Shown here: in pieces, positions 45,601 through 54,920 of the stretch | Numbering within the stretch: the stretch's first letter is position 1 | Layout: every line of letters starts with the position of its first letter | Virus record (IMG/VR): IMGVR_UViG_2716884398_000001 | Location: 40,230 to 104,229 of that record | Length of the DNA: 64,000 nucleotides | Source of the DNA: a virus | Direction: 5' to 3' (one strand) | Program-made: the position numbers and the translations under genes | Notes under the pieces: model-generated | The model's input: only the letters and a program-made list of their open reading frames with translations | Database searches by the model: none | What the model was told of the DNA's origin: nothing

Positions 45601-48600
45601 AGGTCTAGACAAGGTGGGATCAAGCTCGACAATGGAGAACCAATTTTTAGGAACCACCCCCTCGATAGCGGACCCATCGACAAGCTCGACCCCACTAACC
45701 ATATGTTGAGTTCTATACTCAGGAACTCTAACATATAAATCTTTATCAGCAGAGTGAAGACTTACTCCTATTCCAGACAATGCACTACTGGTATAGTCCC
45801 TCGCTAAATTTAACTCATATTGTGATCCATATGATGAAGCTTGGAAAATACCGCTTGTTGCTATACCAGAGCCATCAACCCTTAAATTTCCATTATAAAA
45901 CAAAGGGCCGTAAACATGAGATAACAAGTTTTTTCCACCATCAAGTCTTGAATCAATTAACTTTCCACTCAATCCATCTGAATAAAAATGCTCAATATAA
46001 TCCCTGTATAGTGAGTGTATCCCTTTACCTATATTCTTTCTATTATTGCCTGATTTATCTTCGCTAAGATAGCGTACACTTTGTCTTTGATCTAGCCGCT
46101 TATTAAAGAATTCATCAAAATTCATACCCAAGTATGATTTCTGATTTTTTAAACTTTCGACTATATCGCACCATGCAGATGAGGCGTTAAAGTATTGAGC
46201 ATTATGATCACTTTCAATTTTTGCTTTTTCAGATTCAATTCGTTCAGTAAGCGCATGAAGGACACGGATAATATCTGGAGCAGAATCTCTTCGTATATAA
46301 TCATCCTGAGAAGAAACATCCCAAATAGAGGTATCCCCTCGAACAGGGAATGTATTACTCACATCAACATTAAAATAAGTATTAACCGAATTGGGATCAT
46401 TGGATACATTGTAAACACTAGATGTATTAGTAACATCGTCTACAGGATGAAAATTTAATGATGAAGGTACAAAGCCTAAAAGGGTATAATCAAAACTCTT
46501 CTCTGGATACGAGGAGGATGTATTAAAGTAGACAGGCATACTATCGCCTCGCCTAGAATACCACCCACCTCCCTTTTGAGTTATTACATTTTTAAAATTC
46601 CTTCTTCGGATAGAATTTCGTGGGATTGCAATAGCGGAAGTAGACCCCATCGCTGTGTCTGTAAATGAATCTACCTGTTCTCTTTTGAATACTGGAAGAG
46701 TGTCATGTATGTGGTTACCTTTAGAATCGTCGAATCCGCTATGAAAATCCTGGCCTCTCATCCCTTCGCCGCGCAAGTTGACCGATGATGCCTCATAACC
46801 TCCTAAGGCTCCTGAGGTATGTAAATCGTTCAAATTCAACCTATATGAAATTGCAGTATTACCAATACTACTCAAGTAATCTACATGGCGCAAAACGAAA
46901 TCAGCTTGTGGTTTCGACTTTGCAGGAGCGAAATCATCAATTATCTTTAAACTATCAAAAACATCACGCTTAGTATATCGTGAATCTGTTAGATATAGTA
47001 CATCAAAATCACCGCCAACAACTTCAAAATTGAACATTGAGGATTTTCCATTCCACATACTTATGTAATCGTACTTATCTCTTTGATGCTTACTAATTAT
47101 TGTTTCATAGTTTGGAGGTAGCTCTAAGGAAGAGGTTAGGAATAAAAAGCCAGATTGCCTAGATTTAGAGGTTGACAGTTTTGCTGTTGTATTATCCTGA
47201 ATAAAAGATTTTAATTTTTGTGTACTAGGTAAAGCAACTTCTAAACAATTCAATTCATTAATTATAAAATCTAATAAATCTTCTGTTATTGCGGTGTCAG
47301 CATAGTACCTTTCATCTTCCCATGGTGGAATTGGATATAATCTACCTCTATAATTAAACACAAAGTTTGGATCACCTAAGGTAGCAACATACTCAGAATT
47401 AGGGTTAGGAGCCTTGTAGGTCCTCCAGCGACCATAATGTGGAGCACCGAGAGGCGTTTGGTGTACATCTCCTAGACCGTCTGGAGGGGAATCGTAATCA
47501 TCAAACCAAGCTTTTCCGCTGTCTAGAATATGAACTCTAAAAGGCTCATTACCAATACGGAATTGTGTTGGGAACTCAGTTACACAGCGTTTAAGGATTT
47601 CATCTACTACATACTTAATATTAAGATCTAAGTCTGATGGATCATATCCTGGAATACCTAAAGCCATAGCCTTATCTTGAGTCCAAGTACTTAGACTTTC
47701 AAATAAAGGAGAGTCTGTCTTAAGTAAGTAGAAAATTAAATTAGGAACATATGACTCGTAAAATTCAGTTATAGAATTTTCTGGATCTAAAGGACTGTTA
47801 GGAATAACAGCGTGGAGTGCATCTATCAAGCCCTGTCTTGTTCCTTTCTTTTTGTAAAGATCTACAGCCGATCTAAGTTGTCTTCGCCATGCAGCCTCAT
47901 CACTTCCATAAAGTCTCCAACCAACTAAGTCGGCAAGGAAAGGAAGGTAGTCTTTTGGGCAACTTTCGATTGAGGTTAAAAGTCTAATACTTTCAACCTG
48001 ATCATTTACATCATACATGCTGTATGCTACAGCACGAAGAAGCTTATGCAGAGGGCCATCTTCTACATTTTCACTTTGCACAGAATTAAATAATAAGTAG
48101 TTTTCAAAAGAATCTTTAACCTTAGTATTATTTCTGTCTGTGTATAATGGAGAATATTCTATCTCAATTAGAGTTTTTAGCTTGTCTAAATTCTGAGTTC
48201 CACTTGTATAGGTTCCTGTTCCTGACATAAAATCAGGAGGAATTACATTAACATCTAAAGAACTTAAAGCATTGTAATTCTTCCACACATATTCCTGATA
48301 CATTTTAATTGCATAATCTAAGGTAATATCTTTACCTTCAAAGATCATATCAGTTAAAGCACTGAATACTAATGAAGATGGGGAAAACCCTACGGTCTCT
48401 TCTCCTGTTGTGGCTCGCGTAATAAGCCCTGATGTATTAAGAAAGTACAACCAGTTCAGGGAACTTGTAAGAAATTCATGTGACTCTGTATTATTATTTC
48501 CAAATGCAGAGGTAGTGTTCGCTGTGATATCAGTATTTGGATGAATAGAAGGAAGAAGCGTTCCACTAACATAGTCCGCAAAATCATCTTTACTTTTGTA

Positions 48601-48939
48601 ATTAGTAAGCCTAGTATTTAAGGGCCTAAGAATAGCATCATCAAAAAACTTAGGTGTAATATTGGTTAGATTATTCTGCTTAATAAAGTATTTAGAAATA
48701 CCTTTAATATTATTAATGTCCTCTAAATTAGAAGTCGCAGATACATGCAACCCACTAACTTCATTTTCCTTTGTTAGGTATGTGATATACTTCGAAGAAA
48801 TAATGTGACTATTAATCAAATCTTGATTAATATCTGATGCTAACCCCGCAAGGTTTATATCATCCTGAAGATAAACCTTTGGAGTGATAACCTTTAGAAC
48901 ATCAACATAATTTCTTTTAAAGTATTTTCTATCGGCCAT
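42664..48939 (-). CDS. Very large baseplate wedge protein (P2 gpI / T4 gp7-like domain) with accessory domains
   Basis: CPKDYLPFLADLVGW...RRQLRSAVDLYKKKGT motif; follows the gp6-like gene; 2091 aa. Confidence 0.75.
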   Translation of the reverse strand: MADRKYFKRNYVDVLKVITPKVYLQDDINLAGLASDINQDLINSHIISSKYITYLTKENEVSGLHVSATSNLEDINNIKGISKYFIKQNNLTNITPKFFDDAILRPLNTRLTNYKSKDDFADYVSGTLLPSIHPNTDITANTTSAFGNNNTESHEFLTSSLNWLYFLNTSGLITRATTGEETVGFSPSSLVFSALTDMIFEGKDITLDYAIKMYQEYVWKNYNALSSLDVNVIPPDFMSGTGTYTSGTQNLDKLKTLIEIEYSPLYTDRNNTKVKDSFENYLLFNSVQSENVEDGPLHKLLRAVAYSMYDVNDQVESIRLLTSIESCPKDYLPFLADLVGWRLYGSDEAAWRRQLRSAVDLYKKKGTRQGLIDALHAVIPNSPLDPENSITEFYESYVPNLIFYLLKTDSPLFESLSTWTQDKAMALGIPGYDPSDLDLNIKYVVDEILKRCVTEFPTQFRIGNEPFRVHILDSGKAWFDDYDSPPDGLGDVHQTPLGAPHYGRWRTYKAPNPNSEYVATLGDPNFVFNYRGRLYPIPPWEDERYYADTAITEDLLDFIINELNCLEVALPSTQKLKSFIQDNTTAKLSTSKSRQSGFLFLTSSLELPPNYETIISKHQRDKYDYISMWNGKSSMFNFEVVGGDFDVLYLTDSRYTKRDVFDSLKIIDDFAPAKSKPQADFVLRHVDYLSSIGNTAISYRLNLNDLHTSGALGGYEASSVNLRGEGMRGQDFHSGFDDSKGNHIHDTLPVFKREQVDSFTDTAMGSTSAIAIPRNSIRRRNFKNVITQKGGGWYSRRGDSMPVYFNTSSSYPEKSFDYTLLGFVPSSLNFHPVDDVTNTSSVYNVSNDPNSVNTYFNVDVSNTFPVRGDTSIWDVSSQDDYIRRDSAPDIIRVLHALTERIESEKAKIESDHNAQYFNASSAWCDIVESLKNQKSYLGMNFDEFFNKRLDQRQSVRYLSEDKSGNNRKNIGKGIHSLYRDYIEHFYSDGLSGKLIDSRLDGGKNLLSHVYGPLFYNGNLRVDGSGIATSGIFQASSYGSQYELNLARDYTSSALSGIGVSLHSADKDLYVRVPEYRTQHMVSGVELVDGSAIEGVVPKNWFSIVELDPTLSRPNSDGYFAGNKFILSKSRSHGVPRLRLNLSATESNNNFLIPEHYLSLAVNCIPFKDDTPEIGGASVGVWIHTDVENDVDNKKVFWNYMPDGSWSMQDASSVTDIEIGETTVLEKLAHKFTLDSSSLEGETQTTTYCTEGVEYDTIVDLPTLEILQEKHVQCLKLNFDTHNSKINVPINYFSKLVGTKQGHQVHRKAQNYIVEVFLYPTNEDTTTILFDSVSIVDETQKDRAFIAEEFILPDFSQTDEIFHESPGALVDLSAGFWKQDGSKVALETSTTTTEFSDMPSLLNYSFPDFGYNTYINDYWDDDEQKGVEFQRQLKPFNGDPLPGCSYCGDGPDWGHFLHHPNGNYTQALWDDDVFARGMWFDGWSSPLHYPFGTTLVTCSTGIERLLVAGDLNTDRPVSFGDSANLNYIFPIQTFRHTDPRPFRLEGDQVPWFTGSVFAGEQIFTGSEYENFFDLLSNVSLIAPNSDENYSLGWLVTQAEDRKPVKETIFDPTGTYFNAATRGVLDNAPTDFTNINKAVKTNYGAGSIPPNGIIQDIPYTELEDGKEYTYSVYFKPGINTSSIVFDNLGNVHDTDYGSFLLTLNYLRPKHDESWFIYNTSGNAATQPTNPNTGVVNEGNTAQWDAASSLPYTSIKVTPGNAIYGQAMVSSYAVNAPAFYDAGSPAVEGERCNVVELENGWFRASVSVHWRSSWINRTIDAPNNPALWDNKEEFAFHKNKVNGLRITMQMHKPYSYDMAIPQNTDWRNAHSETTRNDWKVWGSLFHEGNASELKDFQYMAGDLFVGDTDTIAKIDKELCYMDTSGSMFTGTTKVKAASSIGDWSGIQRVTASVQNPITGIIKLNTQVSAHNYTNTNFSGGYFYLDENAVPRDIDGSAFVGITSSTLGSYIEKKETAYAQIEEDELLVILRYFNSLTNNLGSRNAAVTASNMETSGGGRLNYRLHPYQMDGQNSPGLWTVRDSNYKQVTKLDITN

Positions 48940-48943
48940 AACA

Positions 48944-50617
48944 CTAAATTAATGCAAAGTTAATCGTTAAGTTGTTTAGCTGGATGATTTCATTGAATGA
49001 AACTTCAATAATATCAGGAATATTATCAATGGTTGCATATCGTACCTGTGGGATCTTATGTAGTTCTTTGTTTAGGTTCTGTGATATAAGCCTAGCACCA
49101 AACGACATTTTATCAACACTAAAGTAATCAAGAATCTTAGCAAAAGCTAATCCCTTAATTGTCCCTTCTTCTTTTTGTAACTTCTCATCAACATGAATCG
49201 TTACAACCAAATCCAAAGTTCTAATTAACCCATCGGCAACCACGATATCATCGGTTAACATCTTTTTATCATCAATAGCTTCTAGTAGTTCCGTTTTAAA
49301 TTGTACAGTTGCTCTTTTTAATTGAGTAGGAGAAGCTACCTCTAAGGCGTAGAGATCAATAACATTTGCAGAGCTATATGCTTTTCTGGTTGCGGCGGTA
49401 AGCTTCGCACTTGTACCTGCGGTACTAACAAATCTGTTTCCAAACGCCTCGTAATCTTCTAAAGTAACTAATCTATCTTGCCTCTTAAAGTCCATAGGAC
49501 CGTATCGTTTGGCATGGGCAACAGTTTCAGCATCGGCTCCACCTAAGGATACACTTGTATTTGTTGCTCTAGATGTTCTAGTTTCATTAAGAGTATTAAC
49601 TCTTGCAGATATAGGTGCGGAGATGCTTTGGGAGTATATGTTCCCTCGGATACCTCCTCCTGTTCTATAGTTTATTACATAGTTAGCATTTGCAGGTGGA
49701 GAAGCGCCGAGTACGCCATCGCCAAAGAGCAGTACTGCGTTAAACCTTTCATCATAGCTAACTTCAAAAACCTTGTCTTCATACCCTGAAGCTTGAAATA
49801 GATTATCTACTTGTCTATACACTCCTGACGCATTACTGTTATCTGCATTTACATATACCTGAACACTGTTCTCACAAACAGGACCTTTTTCAAGCAGCAC
49901 TTTTTTTACACTTTCTCTAGCATCAAAAACACCTTTCTGTATATTCAGTGAACCTTCCACAAGAGCTAAATTATCCCAGACTCTAGCGTTAGCAATTACA
50001 TCGTTTTCCGCAGTGCCAGAAGCGACATACTCTACAGATTCGGTGGAATATAATTTTAAAGAAGACTCGGCATTCAAGTCAGTTAGCTTGCCATCCTTGG
50101 TTTTGTACAGTATAAAAGTTAGTGGCGATCCGTCTTCAGGAGATGTCACTGTAAACACCCTATCTGAAACATCTATCTCTACATATTCATCTTCATCAAA
50201 AGTGCCTACTCGATCATCAAGTGTAAGAGAGGCTTTTGCTCCTGAAGAGATTGGACCCTTCATTTTAATACCAATCAATTGAAGCAGCTTATTTACATTT
50301 GCACGATTTTGTGCAGTAGCTATGTAGTTTTCATTTGCGAGCATATCTGCCTTCATAGACATAACTGAGCCCATATAAGCCACTAATTCAGAAAACATTA
50401 TACCAAAGTCAGACTCCGAATAGTTCTGGTAATCTAAGGGGTATACTGCTTGTAAATACTTTATTAGAGAATTCTTAAGAGAAAGAAAGTCTGTTGCAGC
50501 ATAATCAATTAAATCCTCTTTTCTTTCAAAACCGTCACCATAAGGTAACAGCTTTTCAAAATCAGACGCTGCGGTTGTAAAAGGGATTGAATCTGGTAAA
50601 TTATATGAATCTGTCAT
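48944..50617 (-). CDS. Baseplate wedge protein (gp6/gpJ-like)
   Basis: DFLSLKNSL, ESDFG, ANENYIATA, FGDGVLG, GGADAET and QDRLVTLEDY motifs. Confidence 0.92.
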   Translation of the reverse strand: MTDSYNLPDSIPFTTAASDFEKLLPYGDGFERKEDLIDYAATDFLSLKNSLIKYLQAVYPLDYQNYSESDFGIMFSELVAYMGSVMSMKADMLANENYIATAQNRANVNKLLQLIGIKMKGPISSGAKASLTLDDRVGTFDEDEYVEIDVSDRVFTVTSPEDGSPLTFILYKTKDGKLTDLNAESSLKLYSTESVEYVASGTAENDVIANARVWDNLALVEGSLNIQKGVFDARESVKKVLLEKGPVCENSVQVYVNADNSNASGVYRQVDNLFQASGYEDKVFEVSYDERFNAVLLFGDGVLGASPPANANYVINYRTGGGIRGNIYSQSISAPISARVNTLNETRTSRATNTSVSLGGADAETVAHAKRYGPMDFKRQDRLVTLEDYEAFGNRFVSTAGTSAKLTAATRKAYSSANVIDLYALEVASPTQLKRATVQFKTELLEAIDDKKMLTDDIVVADGLIRTLDLVVTIHVDEKLQKEEGTIKGLAFAKILDYFSVDKMSFGARLISQNLNKELHKIPQVRYATIDNIPDIIEVSFNEIIQLNNLTINFALI

Positions 50618-51081
50618 ATTGTTGCTTGCACCTCTATTGCTGACCCTTCATCGCCTCTTATTCGTATGTTTAGAATAATTACGATTCCAGGAATACCTTT
50701 ATATGAAGAAGTTTCATTACTTTGAAAAACAGAAAGTTTAAGTATCTCCCACTCTGGGTGATTAGTAGCTACTGCGGTATAAACCTCTTCAACAATCTCC
50801 TCATGAAGCTGCTCATCTAAAGGCTCGAATAGGAACTGCTCTAAGTCTATTCCATAGTTAGGGAGCATGGGGCGCTCGCCCGTCTGAGTGTTGAGGAATT
50901 GATATACCATGCTACGAAGCAGGTTCCGATCCGTAGCTTTATTGAATGCACCATAACCTTCGTTGCTAGTTAGAGGGTAATTAATCCCAACTACTCTAGG
51001 AGTCTTCTTTACCGAAGTTATAGCTTCGTTAAGATGCTTAGGGGTGTCAAACCCGTAAGTAATAGATTCAGTTACAGTCAT
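50614..51081 (-). CDS. Baseplate gp25/gpW-like protein
   Basis: TQTGERPMLPNYGIDL..FLFEP motif. Confidence 0.9.
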   Translation of the reverse strand: MTVTESITYGFDTPKHLNEAITSVKKTPRVVGINYPLTSNEGYGAFNKATDRNLLRSMVYQFLNTQTGERPMLPNYGIDLEQFLFEPLDEQLHEEIVEEVYTAVATNHPEWEILKLSVFQSNETSSYKGIPGIVIILNIRIRGDEGSAIEVQATI

Positions 51082-53846
51082 AGCTTAATGTTTTTGAAAA
51101 AGTCTTTTTGTGCTTTATAATTAGTTACTACCTCTTTAGTAGTTAGGGCTTTCGAATAGAACTTTAAACTTCCAACATAGCCATCTAGAGCACTCCTATA
51201 TCCGTGCCTTTCTGACATAAAGCCACCAGAAGAACTTGTAATTTTCATGCCATCAGTCCAGCCCCCACCAACAATCCAAGGAGTATACAGACTACCTGTT
51301 ATTGTATTGTTGTAATTATTTGGTCCCTCATTAAAAGCACTTGTACCTAGTTGATTTACAGTGCCGCTATAGTAGTAAAAACTACTAGTTGTAGCGTCTG
51401 CGGGTGTAATAAATGTAGGAATTTTAGGCATACTATTTTTAGCTATACCAAATACATCAGACATTGCGGAAGTAGCCATTAAGTTACCGTCTAGGTGTAT
51501 TCGAACTTCATCAACATTAGGATCAAATGACACATTAATATGCATGAAATCCCCCGACACATCATTAAACTTTACACTATTTACAGTAGTAGAAGAATCT
51601 ACAGTCATTTTAGAGTATCGAAGACCGTTATCTACAGAGCTAACTGATACGAATTCAACATCAGAAGTGTTTAAAGATTGCGTGGTAGCTAAGAAGAAGC
51701 AGCTAGATGCAGCAGTTGCGCTCGCTACTAGCCCCAAGGAACTTGCTGGGTCTGTATCACTACCTGGAGTAACTCGTTCTGAGGAATAGATTTGAGGATC
51801 TCTACTAAATCCCATAACAAAACCTTTAGTTGTTACGGTAGTATTATCTTCTAACATCATGTTATCAGCATTAGCTACAAGAGATCCTCCTGTATTTTCA
51901 CAAGCTAACAACAATTTATAGTAGTTGTAGTCTGCCCAATCCCCTGAATCAGTATCCACTGTTGTACTAGAGGCTTCACCGTAAACTTCGGCACCACTAA
52001 ATGAAGTTCCATACTGAGGGATATGCACCCACGCATCTATACTAGCTCCATTTTGATTATATAATAAATTTTGGAAGTCGATGGAGTCTGGTAGCTTAAC
52101 AAAACTACCTAACGCACTTGTGTACACTTCCGTATTTTTGTATTGCTGTCTGGTTATCCCTTTAAGTTTAGCAAGACCTAAACCTTTATCAAACACATCA
52201 CCTGCATCCGATGCTACTAATTGAGCATTATTAGCTGAATTATTCGCACAGTTAAGCACTTTGTAATCATTAGAATTTGTTCCAACGATGTCAGAATTTA
52301 AGAAATTATAAACAGCGAACAGATCGTCTGTTACAATGTTATCTGTTAGAGACAGTACGGGCGCGTCAGTAGAGCTAAACTCACCTAGGTTAATAATTCC
52401 CCCCGCACCAACAGGAGGGACTATCATTGGAGGTGCTAATGTTTGTGCTTCTGCCCTAGCAGAGCGAACAAATTTAGGTCTAATAGGCAAGACTATACCT
52501 TCAACCTCGCCCTCTTCAAAAGTTAGGTTGCGTTGTTTTTTTATATCAACATCTAGATTTATTCCACTAAGATAAGAGAAGTCGTTAATAGGAACAGTGC
52601 CTGGAAGGAAAGTTTGATCTGCACCGAACATTTGGTTAGCTAATACCGCTACTTCAATTTGCTTCTTTCTTTTGTTAATTCTCTGAGTATGTCTATCTAT
52701 TGCTGCAAATATACTTTGTTGGAAGTTAACTACTAATGCAGACTTAGCATCATATCCCGAGGCTACGAGGCTGTTTACATGACTGGAAAGGTCATATACT
52801 TCTTTATTCTTTTGATTCTCTAGTACTTGTAAGAAATGATCTTCAGTGTAATGTGTAGCCATAGAAGGCGTATTGTTTACCTGATCAACATCAAAAAAGG
52901 TATCCACATACTTACCTAGCTCGCTTAAAGCGACAGTGGTTCCTTTTCCACCTAAGTTGGGATCGTGTTCTAAGCCCCATTTGTCGCCTGGAATTACAAT
53001 CCCTAGGTCTGCACTAGTTGGAATTGGCCCTCCATCAGTGTAGGATCTATTTTGAGAATCATAATAAAGACCATCTCTAGAAAGTAGGAATTGTCCTTTT
53101 TTTGCCGCAGGAGGTCCGAATACTAGCCTAAATATGGGCCTTGCTTCTTCCTCTTCTGCTACTCTAGCCGCTTCTACTTCTCTTTCAGAGAGTACCTCCG
53201 AAATTAAATTTAAAGCACTAGTGCATTTATTGGAGAAGTTTACAGCAGTTTGTACCTGCTGTTTCATAATTAAAAACTCCCCCTGTCTATTCTTTTGGAA
53301 TGGAGACTGGTTTGCGGGGTCAGTGGGATCATTTGGATCACCTCCTGCTCCTGGTCCACCATCTAAAACGAGTTGTGCGCTTCCTGTCTCTTCTCCATCA
53401 ACTAACCTAAACCAAGCCTCTGTATCATCAAGACATTTACTTATATTTTCGTAAATCTCGCTACCTTGACCATATAAATCAGCCAAGGCATCGGCTACAC
53501 CGAAAGCGAACCCTGCATACTCTGCCCATTGCGCGTCGATTCCGTACCGAGAACTTGAAGAAAGGAACTTTAGTTTTCCAGTATCAGCATCTATTTCCAT
53601 GATACCTAAATCCCTAAAAGCCCAAGCCATAGCGTCCGCTATTGCATTTTGGGCTGCTTCCTTACCTTCTTGAATACCTAGGGCAAAGCCGCCTAAGGTA
53701 TCCCCTGGGATAAGGGATAGTACATCTTTTCCAAGCTCAATCATGCAGGTAGGCACACCCCATTCCATTAGATATCCCTCTACAGGGTTATCTAAATTTT
53801 GGATAAACAGTCCGTTTTTTAGGTCTAGCTTTGGAAAATTAACCAT
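51078..53846 (-). CDS. Virion protein with a C-terminal LamG/ConA-like domain
   Basis: SIDAWVH, FMHINVSFD, RIHLDG and LDGYVGSLKFYSKALT..EV..NY motifs. Confidence 0.72.
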   Translation of the reverse strand: MVNFPKLDLKNGLFIQNLDNPVEGYLMEWGVPTCMIELGKDVLSLIPGDTLGGFALGIQEGKEAAQNAIADAMAWAFRDLGIMEIDADTGKLKFLSSSSRYGIDAQWAEYAGFAFGVADALADLYGQGSEIYENISKCLDDTEAWFRLVDGEETGSAQLVLDGGPGAGGDPNDPTDPANQSPFQKNRQGEFLIMKQQVQTAVNFSNKCTSALNLISEVLSEREVEAARVAEEEEARPIFRLVFGPPAAKKGQFLLSRDGLYYDSQNRSYTDGGPIPTSADLGIVIPGDKWGLEHDPNLGGKGTTVALSELGKYVDTFFDVDQVNNTPSMATHYTEDHFLQVLENQKNKEVYDLSSHVNSLVASGYDAKSALVVNFQQSIFAAIDRHTQRINKRKKQIEVAVLANQMFGADQTFLPGTVPINDFSYLSGINLDVDIKKQRNLTFEEGEVEGIVLPIRPKFVRSARAEAQTLAPPMIVPPVGAGGIINLGEFSSTDAPVLSLTDNIVTDDLFAVYNFLNSDIVGTNSNDYKVLNCANNSANNAQLVASDAGDVFDKGLGLAKLKGITRQQYKNTEVYTSALGSFVKLPDSIDFQNLLYNQNGASIDAWVHIPQYGTSFSGAEVYGEASSTTVDTDSGDWADYNYYKLLLACENTGGSLVANADNMMLEDNTTVTTKGFVMGFSRDPQIYSSERVTPGSDTDPASSLGLVASATAASSCFFLATTQSLNTSDVEFVSVSSVDNGLRYSKMTVDSSTTVNSVKFNDVSGDFMHINVSFDPNVDEVRIHLDGNLMATSAMSDVFGIAKNSMPKIPTFITPADATTSSFYYYSGTVNQLGTSAFNEGPNNYNNTITGSLYTPWIVGGGWTDGMKITSSSGGFMSERHGYRSALDGYVGSLKFYSKALTTKEVVTNYKAQKDFFKNIKL

Positions 53847-53847
53847 A

Positions 53848-54918
53848 TCAAGTCTCGCTTAAATCCTCTAACTTGTCTTCGTCAAAGAAGCTGTAGTTAC
53901 CATCTTCATTTTTCATTTGATCGTAATTGTTTAATTGTATGCTCATATTATCATCAACATCAAATGTAGGGTTTAATTCAATTTTACCACCTGCATCACT
54001 TTGTATATTAACATTGGCTCCTTTTATATTTACATCACCTGCGCTTCTCATTGCAATTCCTTTAGAAGCAAATACTCCTACATTCCCTCTGCTACGAACT
54101 TGTACAGTAGAATCATCTCCACCCTTAGTATCTATGAATACTCCACCTTCTACATCATAAGTTTCAATAATAATGTTACCGTTATCAGAAATAATCCTAA
54201 TATTGCCAGAAGATTTGTTATAAGGAGCCTCACCATGCTTTACACTGGACTTATTTACTAGTTGAATCTCTCTTCCATTAGTTCCAACCTCTAAAGTTAT
54301 GTTTCCCTCCCTACTTACAGTTGTTGATGAGCCTTTACAAGCCGAATAAATGGAATTTGGGCCTACAATTCCCTCTTTAACCTTATTTTCCGTTATTTTT
54401 ATCCCTGCCATCTCATTTCCAGTCTTGAGTACGATAGCATCTACTCCAGGAGCATCATTTAGAGCTACAACCTTACCAGTTGCCGATTTTAAGCGTATCC
54501 CTGGGTTCATCCTTGCTGAATTTCGGTCATCTTTAAGTAAAATTTGGTTTTTTAGAGGGGTTGTAATGCCATAGGACATGGGAATGGAAGCAAAATTATA
54601 TAATTTTGGATTAAATCCTATATTTTTGCTAGTTGCCTCATCCTCAAATACAGGTCTACCTTGGATTTCTGAATTTTGTGTTGGTGCAGTTGTACAGGAT
54701 AAGAAATGGTACGAAGGGTCATTCTCTGGTTTGCAGCAGAGAACTCTAGTGCCAACTTCAGGAATAGCGCCGAAACCACTATGATGACCTCCACCATATG
54801 GAGTTCCATACCATACCCATACTGATCCAGGAAGCTCACCATCGAATTGAACTGCTATCATTCCTTGACGGGTTGGATCTGCATTACTTGTTACTGTTCC
54901 TACTTTAATATTTTCCAT
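53848..54918 (-). CDS. Central spike protein (gp5/gpV-like OB fold plus beta-helix), no lysozyme domain
   Basis: ADPTRQGMI...W...PYGG...GFGAIPEVGTRV, then beta-strand repeats ending IELNP. Confidence 0.8.
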   Translation of the reverse strand: MENIKVGTVTSNADPTRQGMIAVQFDGELPGSVWVWYGTPYGGGHHSGFGAIPEVGTRVLCCKPENDPSYHFLSCTTAPTQNSEIQGRPVFEDEATSKNIGFNPKLYNFASIPMSYGITTPLKNQILLKDDRNSARMNPGIRLKSATGKVVALNDAPGVDAIVLKTGNEMAGIKITENKVKEGIVGPNSIYSACKGSSTTVSREGNITLEVGTNGREIQLVNKSSVKHGEAPYNKSSGNIRIISDNGNIIIETYDVEGGVFIDTKGGDDSTVQVRSRGNVGVFASKGIAMRSAGDVNIKGANVNIQSDAGGKIELNPTFDVDDNMSIQLNNYDQMKNEDGNYSFFDEDKLEDLSET

Positions 54919-54920
54919 TT